In this document: positions 55,846 to 61,889 of the stretch, piece by piece
Position numbering within the stretch: the stretch's first letter is position 1
Layout of the letters: the number at the start of each line of letters is the position of its first letter
Source: a virus
Lineage: Duplodnaviria; Caudoviricetes
DNA: 61,889 nucleotides
Direction: 5' to 3' (one strand)
IMG/VR virus record: IMGVR_UViG_3300025110_000013
Coordinates: 1 to 61,889 of that record
Translations under genes and position numbers: made by a program
Notes under the pieces: model-generated
What the model saw: the letters and a program-made list of their open reading frames with translations, nothing else
The model's database searches: none
What the model was told of the DNA's origin: nothing

Positions 55846-56489
55846 GCTGCTGTTTCCGATTCAAAGTCTATGAAGGTTTCCTTCAGTTCAATTTGATGCT
55901 TGAACTCCCTGTCAACCTCAAACCGACCATACTCACCGCCCTTTTCTGGGCGCATTTCACCTAGTCCAACACCGAAACCGGCCCTTTGTATTAGATTTAA
56001 GATGGTATTTTGTGTCAGCGATTGAGAGTCAAACTCCATCCGAACGATCATCGACCAGTTACGAAACTCAGGACGATAACGCAAATCAGTAGAACCCATG
56101 CCTACCCGAACTATGTCTTCCCGCATCAGAGGGTCTTCTGATTCAAAAGCACACAGATTGTTGACCGTATCATCAGGAATAATGAACAGGGACTTTCTAA
56201 GTAAAGTCTTTTCAAGTCCGATGTCTTTGTGAGCAGCATTGATAAAACACCTTTTCAATCCCCCTGCCGGAAACCCAAAGCGTCCATCCTCACAAACATA
56301 AGCAGCATCCCTAAACTCTTGCTCTGGGTCTCTGACATCTCGGTTCTTCACCTTCACCCCTTGGTGCTTGTCCTTCATCATCTTTATTGCTTTCATACTC
56401 CACTTATGCTCGATCAAAGCAGAGATCCCCTTGATGCGCGTGGTCAAAATCGACTGCTGCATCTCTTCAAGTTGTATTACGTTACTCAT
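55842..56489 (-). CDS. Stand-alone RAMP/Cas7-like RNA-binding protein (215 aa)
   Basis: N-terminal strand RIKGISALIEH; FPAGGLKRCF (cf. RAMP PgSslKG); YRPEF..W; C-terminal Gly-rich loop GFGVGLGEMRPEKGGEYGRFEV; AGGA SD before the ATG at 56489. Confidence 0.8.
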   Translation of the reverse strand: MSNVIQLEEMQQSILTTRIKGISALIEHKWSMKAIKMMKDKHQGVKVKNRDVRDPEQEFRDAAYVCEDGRFGFPAGGLKRCFINAAHKDIGLEKTLLRKSLFIIPDDTVNNLCAFESEDPLMREDIVRVGMGSTDLRYRPEFRNWSMIVRMEFDSQSLTQNTILNLIQRAGFGVGLGEMRPEKGGEYGRFEVDREFKHQIELKETFIDFESETAA

Positions 56490-56521
56490 TCTATCTTCCT
56501 TAGCGGCTATGCCGCGCTTTT

Positions 56522-56956
56522 TTAGTTTAGAAAGTTTCCTTTCTCTAGTCGTTTGATTTCTGCGTCTATATAAAACTTGATCTTCTTGGCATCCCGAAGT
56601 TTGTCGCTGTGCGAAGCGATGCCGTACCGATAGCATGATCTGAACACCTCACCGATCTGTGCGTTCATATCTCTATGTGAGATCAAGTCCTGTAATTCTT
56701 TAGCCCCCTTTGGAAGTTCATAGTAAGCCGCGGTGCTACCGTCCGATAAGGTCTTATCAGGAAGTTCCCAACTCAACCCCGTACCTGCTGGAGGGTGACC
56801 AACAGCAACATTATTGTCACCCGTTGTAATGTCACCACGCGCACTTCTTACTTTGTATACATAAGAAGCTGACACTCCAACCCGCGCCGCTATTTCTTTG
56901 TTAGATTTCTTAGGAGATCGGATTAATGCCTTTGCTATTTTCTCGTACTTATTCAA
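56522..56956 (-). CDS. HTH + DUF3310-like protein (probable TTG start at 56956)
   Basis: HTH SNKEIAARVGVSASYVYKVR; C-terminal YYELP...GEVFRSCYRYG...DAKKIKFY. Confidence 0.65.
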   Translation of the reverse strand: MNKYEKIAKALIRSPKKSNKEIAARVGVSASYVYKVRSARGDITTGDNNVAVGHPPAGTGLSWELPDKTLSDGSTAAYYELPKGAKELQDLISHRDMNAQIGEVFRSCYRYGIASHSDKLRDAKKIKFYIDAEIKRLEKGNFLN

Positions 56957-57269
56957 AATCAAGCTCCAGTTGTTTATCGTTTGCATCGGATGGGTTAAGA
57001 ATGTCTTGGATACTGTGCATATTCTTCTCGTTAACGATTAACGCTATGCCTTTTTGTTTCTCAATATCTTCTAGGTTTATTTGTTGGAGGGGGGTAGGAG
57101 TGTTCTTACCCGCTTTACATTCGATGCCGAAGAACTTGCCTTGGTAACATCCTACTATGTCTGGCACGCCGCTACGTCCGTACCCGCCTGTCACTGGGTA
57201 GAAGTAGTAAGCACCAAGGGCGCGTAGCTGCTTGACTACAACCTTTTTTACTTTAGCTTCGGGAGTCAT
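56949..57269 (-). CDS. VRR-NUC domain nuclease (Holliday-junction resolvase-like)
   Basis: TPEAKVK, GVPD, GIECKA, PTPLQ. Confidence 0.88.
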   Translation of the reverse strand: MTPEAKVKKVVVKQLRALGAYYFYPVTGGYGRSGVPDIVGCYQGKFFGIECKAGKNTPTPLQQINLEDIEKQKGIALIVNEKNMHSIQDILNPSDANDKQLELDFE

Positions 57270-57429
57270 CCTTTTTCCTTCTTACCTTTTTTTCGGGTTC
57301 TTTGTTCGCTATGGAATGGTTGGCCGTTAAGGTCTTTTCGACGCGAATCAACGTATCTTTTATTTCCGTTAGCGTAGACATCACCTCCATAAAGTCCTGT
57401 TCTTCTAATTCTATTATTACTTTTGCCAT
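57253..57429 (-). CDS. Hypothetical protein (58 aa; probable start 57429)
   Basis: AAGG SD; MAKVIIELEEQ... Confidence 0.6.
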   Translation of the reverse strand: MAKVIIELEEQDFMEVMSTLTEIKDTLIRVEKTLTANHSIANKEPEKKVRRKKDDSRS

Positions 57430-57456
57430 AAATACCTTGCAGAAACTGGTATCAAA

Positions 57457-57476
57457 ATTTGTGTAATTACACAAAT
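57457..57476. promoter_or_regulatory. Perfect 20-bp palindrome ATTTGTGTAATTACACAAAT (operator-like)
   Basis: Self-complementary; best copy of the 7-member family; upstream of the replication operon. Confidence 0.7.
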
Positions 57477-57486
57477 CTTTAGTGTT

Positions 57487-57740
57487 AAAAAAGAGGGGCA
57501 GGGCAGTCACGTACTAGCCGACTCCGAGCGTGCGGTTGAGGCTCCCCATCTCTGAAGAGCCGTACCCCTAAAGCTACATCGTGATAGTCGATGCGATTGG
57601 CCTAATGAACCTCATTAGCAGAGGCGTGTGGAGGCACTTCATCACATCCATTCTTTAACCTTGTACGGCACGTAAACATGAACAAACGCGGTACGAGGCG
57701 GAAATCCGTCGGACGCTATCACTCCCCCGACTTCCCTACC
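57487..57740 (-). ncRNA. Candidate ~250-nt multi-stem structured RNA ending in a U-tract
   Basis: 57729-57740 pairs with 57497-57508; inner stems at 57716-22/57581-87, 57602-08/57612-18, 57659-66/57691-98 and 57540-47/57554-61; no credible ORF. Confidence 0.55.
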
Positions 57741-57760
57741 ACACAATCAAATTATGTACT

Positions 57761-58099
57761 CTATGGGAGTATCCAAAAACTATCGATGCTCCCCTCGATA
57801 TCTGGTTCGTAGGCGGTAAACCTAGATCCTACATCCTTGACCTGTGGCTCCCTTGTCGGGTGATTATCAAGATGGCATGGTTCCCAATTCTTGAGAACGG
57901 CTACCTTGCCTTTCACCCACTCAGGCAACGTATTGAATGAATCATACAACCCATCAATATTCGAGTCAACACAATCCATACCAACACACGTTATTTCGTA
58001 CTTACCTGTATCAGGCATTTCCATTACTAGGTAATGTGTATCTTTCCCTATTAAGGTCTTACCTTCTGTTACTTCTTCTTTGTTGTTATTCGTATACAT
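57761..58099 (-). CDS. Hypothetical protein
   Basis: LPEWVKGKVAVL motif; overlaps the upstream stop. Confidence 0.65.
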   Translation of the reverse strand: MYTNNNKEEVTEGKTLIGKDTHYLVMEMPDTGKYEITCVGMDCVDSNIDGLYDSFNTLPEWVKGKVAVLKNWEPCHLDNHPTREPQVKDVGSRFTAYEPDIEGSIDSFWILP

Positions 58100-58979
58100 A
58101 GTAAACCCCTTCTCCTACGCGCACGCCCACATCAGGGATGTACGTCTCCTGTTCTACATTATGTAAGACTGACATCTTACCCATAAGGTCTTGTGGTATG
58201 CCATCCAAAGGGTACGTCTTGTGCCCACGACCTGCTATGTACCCCCACGAATCGTTGCTGTCCATTGTAGCGGTCTGCAACTCATTCCGTTCAACCCATG
58301 CCATGACCATATCATAGTCAGTCCTGTTGAGTATACTGCTGTTCTTTCTACGTAACTCAAAGTACTTATGTAGATCCCTACCCAATGAATCGTTAAGCCA
58401 TTTGTAAGGCGAACTGCGCCCAACCGCTGTAACTAGATTCTCCAACTCATCCAATAGCGGCTTAAACCCATCCATATTGTAACTGTAGGCGCTATTAAGG
58501 TATGGGCTAATTATCTTGTGGGATTCATCAAGCAGCCGATCTTCTTCCACCCTACGTGCGGTTCTCATCTTATCCCAAGTCATCTGCCCGATCTCCGCCA
58601 TAGTCCAAGGACTCAAAGCCGTAGCGGCAATCTGCACCGCTTTGTCTAACTTCTTACTGTTACGCATGAACTGCCCATCCCCCCAACCATATCGGTTGTT
58701 CTGGATGGTACGAGAGAAGATCCAATACGTATCAATCCTAGTCTCAGGATCTTGGCGAAAGTCCCCGTACCCAATAAACCCACGCATATATGTCTCGTCT
58801 GGATGGTAGACCCACACCCTATTACTAGCCGCAACTTGCGTTACCTTAAGTCTAGGCATCTTATGTAGTAGAGCTTCCGCAAATCTTTTCAGTCCATTAG
58901 GGATATCGCCCCCTAAGATGTACGCCTTCTGGCCTTCGGATAGCTCACTAACCTTTAGGTTGTTGTTTGGTAATCCCAT
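58086..58979 (-). CDS. Hypothetical protein (probable start 58979)
   Basis: AGGAG SD. Its C-terminal IPQDLMGKMSVL...DVG resembles LPEWVKGKVAVL...DVG in the downstream gene. Confidence 0.7.
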   Translation of the reverse strand: MGLPNNNLKVSELSEGQKAYILGGDIPNGLKRFAEALLHKMPRLKVTQVAASNRVWVYHPDETYMRGFIGYGDFRQDPETRIDTYWIFSRTIQNNRYGWGDGQFMRNSKKLDKAVQIAATALSPWTMAEIGQMTWDKMRTARRVEEDRLLDESHKIISPYLNSAYSYNMDGFKPLLDELENLVTAVGRSSPYKWLNDSLGRDLHKYFELRRKNSSILNRTDYDMVMAWVERNELQTATMDSNDSWGYIAGRGHKTYPLDGIPQDLMGKMSVLHNVEQETYIPDVGVRVGEGVYYVYE

Positions 58980-59442
58980 TACTGATCTCCTTGTTATAGT
59001 CTGATACAAAATTGTTTTCGTTGTAAATGCGCTCCAGATAAATCTTATTGGTGCGGCACTTATTCCTTCCTTCCGGTGTCATGTTCAACGTCCCATAGTT
59101 GTGGGTATTGGCATGGCAATCTAGGCAAATCACCGTTACGTTTTCACGTAAGTTATTACGGTCATTGCCATCGTGGTGATGTAGCTCTAGTTGTTTTATT
59201 GGTTTACTTACACCACACTCTTCGCACGTTGTGCCGTGTCGACGAAAGAATATCTTCCGCATAGACCCTGACTTATAAGTAGAGTCTGGCTTGATCCTCG
59301 CCTCTACAGATACGTGCGCCCCTTGGCAATCGTTGGAGCAATAGATCCCTCGCTTCTGAGAGTATCGGTACATAAATATCTTACGACACTCTTCGTTCTT
59401 GCAGATGGATGTACCCCAATATTCAGGATTCTTTCTGCTCAT
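58948..59442 (-). CDS. HNH endonuclease with Zn-binding motifs
   Basis: CEECG...LELHHHDGNDRNN..EN...ICLDCH; YCSNDC; ATG at 59442. Confidence 0.85.
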   Translation of the reverse strand: MSRKNPEYWGTSICKNEECRKIFMYRYSQKRGIYCSNDCQGAHVSVEARIKPDSTYKSGSMRKIFFRRHGTTCEECGVSKPIKQLELHHHDGNDRNNLRENVTVICLDCHANTHNYGTLNMTPEGRNKCRTNKIYLERIYNENNFVSDYNKEISNGITKQQPKG

Positions 59443-60503
59443 CGGATCACCTCCCCTACTGGCTCTTCCCACTTATGAACCAAGCCACATGACCGATTGA
59501 TAAATTGGTTGAACTTAGCGCGGAATGTCTTAAGGTCTTCTGGAGAAGTAGCCTGTTTAATCTCTGTCTCTGCCAAGAAACATACGAGTAGGGCTAACCC
59601 TTCTGGCGATTCTGAACCCCCTTTCGATACACTCTTTAATACCCTCCTAACTTCATGTCCATCCCAATTAGCGGTGCCATACAACCCCCCAATATTATTA
59701 GCATCACGCAAAACAGAAATAACACCGCAATCAATTAACACTTGCCTATGGGTGCGTACATACTCAGGATCATCTGCTGGTAAGATCGTACCCAACGCGC
59801 AGGCCCAATCCCAGAAGTTATCAATCCAAGGTTTAAGCTCTTCCTTGGCCCCCGAATCCACCCTGCTTCGCTTCTTTATTGGTGTGAATACATGACCAAT
59901 ATTGCACCAGAATTCTGTACCTTCCTCGCGCATAAGTATGATCTGTTTGTTGTCATCGCTACGATCAAACCCACGCTGCTGTAGAGTCTGGCTTTGATCC
60001 CACGTTGTCGCACCAACGTAATTACTCTTTGGTAGAAAGAACTTCTCACGCACTTTCTTATCCGTCCACGCGTATATGAACTGCTTACCGTTCTGTATAT
60101 CAAACCCAATACTTCTTGGTAAGTACTCCTCAAGAAACACATACCTACTGTTGTGCGCTCCATTACCTGTACCGTTGCGGATCTTAATTACCTCGTTACT
60201 GATCCGATCCCCTGCCTCATTCCTACCCACTACACGCTCCCACACAATAGGCGCAAGCGCATGGATTTCTCTTGACGTAGGGGTTGCGTTTGGTGTACCC
60301 CACCACTTGAATACGTCATCCCCAAAACTGTACCCATCAAGAAACGCATAGCAATTATCACTTAGCATCTTGATCCTCTGTACCTTATACCTACGATTCC
60401 CTATGGGGCGTACGTCTTGCTCCAATGTATGATTCTTACTTATCATAGGCTTCGTATTGTGATACTTAGCCCTTACTGCTTTAAAGTTATCTAAAGATTC
60501 CAT
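59439..60503 (-). CDS. Hypothetical early protein (354 aa)
   Basis: Long ORF with an AAGGA SD. Confidence 0.75.
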   Translation of the reverse strand: MESLDNFKAVRAKYHNTKPMISKNHTLEQDVRPIGNRRYKVQRIKMLSDNCYAFLDGYSFGDDVFKWWGTPNATPTSREIHALAPIVWERVVGRNEAGDRISNEVIKIRNGTGNGAHNSRYVFLEEYLPRSIGFDIQNGKQFIYAWTDKKVREKFFLPKSNYVGATTWDQSQTLQQRGFDRSDDNKQIILMREEGTEFWCNIGHVFTPIKKRSRVDSGAKEELKPWIDNFWDWACALGTILPADDPEYVRTHRQVLIDCGVISVLRDANNIGGLYGTANWDGHEVRRVLKSVSKGGSESPEGLALLVCFLAETEIKQATSPEDLKTFRAKFNQFINRSCGLVHKWEEPVGEVIR

Positions 60504-60560
60504 TTGTATTTCCTTGTGTTTATATACAACGCGCTTTAACCGAAAGCCTTGTTGTAAAAA

Positions 60561-61889
60561 TTAAATGTCTCCACTACTTACGTGTAAGACCTTACCGTTA
60601 TCGGGTGTAGCACCCTCGTTATCCACGATGCACCACAGTACTGGATGATCCCAAGTCCCCCACTCGTACACGTATCCATCAGTGAACACGATACTTGCGT
60701 TGGGTGTGATCTTATTATCCGCAAGATACTTTGGTACACACGTAACATCCGTACCACCCCCACCTGTGGGCTGTGTCTTCTTAGCCACATCATCAAGCTC
60801 ATCCAAGCTATACTTCTCCGCTCGGGCTACTTGTGTATCCCAATACAGAACGTGTAACTCTTTTGGCTTGACCATCTTGGCAATGTCTACCACTTCGGAT
60901 AGTTGCCGCCGCGCTTCCTCAATGCCAATCGAACCCGACATATCTATCTCGACACATAGAACCTCTACTGTCTCGGATATCGCGCTAGGGAAGTAATACC
61001 CTGCTCCTAAATACTTACGGTTAGGGGTCTTGTATGTAGACATATCATTCCCCCGACAATTGGTAACCATGAAGTCACGCATCACATCAAGCCAATTGAC
61101 CTGTGGTTTAAGTAGTGCGTCGAGATTAGTCACATCACCACCCGCACCCGCCTTACCCGCTGTCATACATCCTTGGCGTACCGCTGTATCGATGGCTTTC
61201 TCTAAGTCCTTCTTCTCCTCATCGGACATATCTTGTGCGCCTTCCCAATCATGGTCATCAAACCCTACTGCTGTGTTTTGTGAACCTGTAGTACCGCCGT
61301 CGTCGGGTTGTCCTTCTTGTGGTAAGTCCTCACCACAACCATCGCCACCTTGCCCGGTCCCCGGATCATCTATACGATCCTCATCGTCACATTCTTCACC
61401 ACCCTGACCACCTTCGCCCTCGTTATCATCGTCCTTATCTTCCTGATACAAGATGTCGAACACTTGCTTGGCGTTCATGCCTCGGAACTTCTCATCGACT
61501 AGCCCTTGGTAATCACCCGTAGGCATCTCGGCAAAGGGTACGTTCCAATCGGCCTTACCCTCCTTACGCTTACGCTCCATAATCGATTTGATCTCATCCT
61601 CGATCTCAAGATTAATCACGTAGTCGCACGCCATGTTTGCAATCCTTCCATTCTTCTCGTACAAGACCTTCCAGATTTTAAGGTGTCGGTACACTTTATG
61701 TTTACCCTCATGGATAATTATGTATCGTAGATTCGCATCGCTAATAGCTTCGATCATCTCCACACCGTACTTCTCATCGCGCCCATTGGTACACGCTGTC
61801 GGTATGTTCGGATCAACTTCTCTACTACCGATCATGTATATACCTGTCATTGGCAGATACATCGGCTCTCCCATCACCTTAACAACGGC
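60561..61889 (-). CDS. Metallopeptidase-VWA protein (DUF2201-like), 3' part
   Basis: HEGKH (HExxH), NMACDYVIN, acidic linker, MIDAS DMSGS, GGGGTD, VFTDG. Confidence 0.85.
   Translation of the reverse strand, partial: AVVKVMGEPMYLPMTGIYMIGSREVDPNIPTACTNGRDEKYGVEMIEAISDANLRYIIIHEGKHKVYRHLKIWKVLYEKNGRIANMACDYVINLEIEDEIKSIMERKRKEGKADWNVPFAEMPTGDYQGLVDEKFRGMNAKQVFDILYQEDKDDDNEGEGGQGGEECDDEDRIDDPGTGQGGDGCGEDLPQEGQPDDGGTTGSQNTAVGFDDHDWEGAQDMSDEEKKDLEKAIDTAVRQGCMTAGKAGAGGDVTNLDALLKPQVNWLDVMRDFMVTNCRGNDMSTYKTPNRKYLGAGYYFPSAISETVEVLCVEIDMSGSIGIEEARRQLSEVVDIAKMVKPKELHVLYWDTQVARAEKYSLDELDDVAKKTQPTGGGGTDVTCVPKYLADNKITPNASIVFTDGYVYEWGTWDHPVLWCIVDNEGATPDNGKVLHVSSGDI
61687..61889. repeat. Terminal direct repeat, right copy
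   Basis: Matches 1-203 with 2 mismatches. Confidence 0.97.

Noticed and set aside
56490-56636. N-terminal 49 aa of the 264-aa ORF
   Set aside because: Overlaps the upstream gene in another frame; an SD-preceded ATG at 56489 is the better start.
1-61889. tRNA or rRNA genes
   Set aside because: No cloverleaf with a T-loop GTTCRA and matching acceptor stem was noticed in the intergenic gaps; a tRNAscan run would be needed to exclude them fully.

Overview
The window is an apparently complete, circularly permuted ~61.7 kb dsDNA tailed-phage genome with a podovirus-like layout. Positions 1-203 recur at 61687-61889 with 2 mismatches. The + strand (5487-44441) carries morphogenesis genes: terminase, portal, GroES, scaffold, major capsid, adaptor/nozzle, a repeat tail fibre with an S74 chaperone, a lysis cassette and large ejection proteins. 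The - strand carries replication and early genes: AEP primase-helicase, SSB, SNF2 helicase, PD-(D/E)XK nuclease, PolA, VRR-NUC, HNH, and a MoxR-like AAA + metallopeptidase-VWA module. No integrase, tRNA, cas1/cas2 or canonical CRISPR array was seen. The stand-out feature is a cassette at 54873-56489 (-): a stand-alone RAMP/Cas7-like gene, a translationally coupled partner gene, and a ~470 nt non-coding array. The array has 7 complete units, each GGCA followed by 9-14 G-N-Y-N-N pentamers (mostly GGY-NN) in strict register. When the variable NN dinucleotides are read as codon positions 1-2 with the wobble base skipped, unit 2 spells the P4-like tyrosine-integrase motif (K/N)(E/D)MMQAWADYLD and unit 7 spells a Walker A motif (GGQGTGKG). 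This suggests an RNA-guided, gapped-code interference system aimed at competing mobile elements; that reading is inference and has not been tested. Other notable items are a 7-copy palindromic operator, an iteron-like origin, two candidate structured RNAs (47578-47651 and 57487-57740) and a SutA-like small protein. All family assignments come from motifs recognised by eye, not from database searches.
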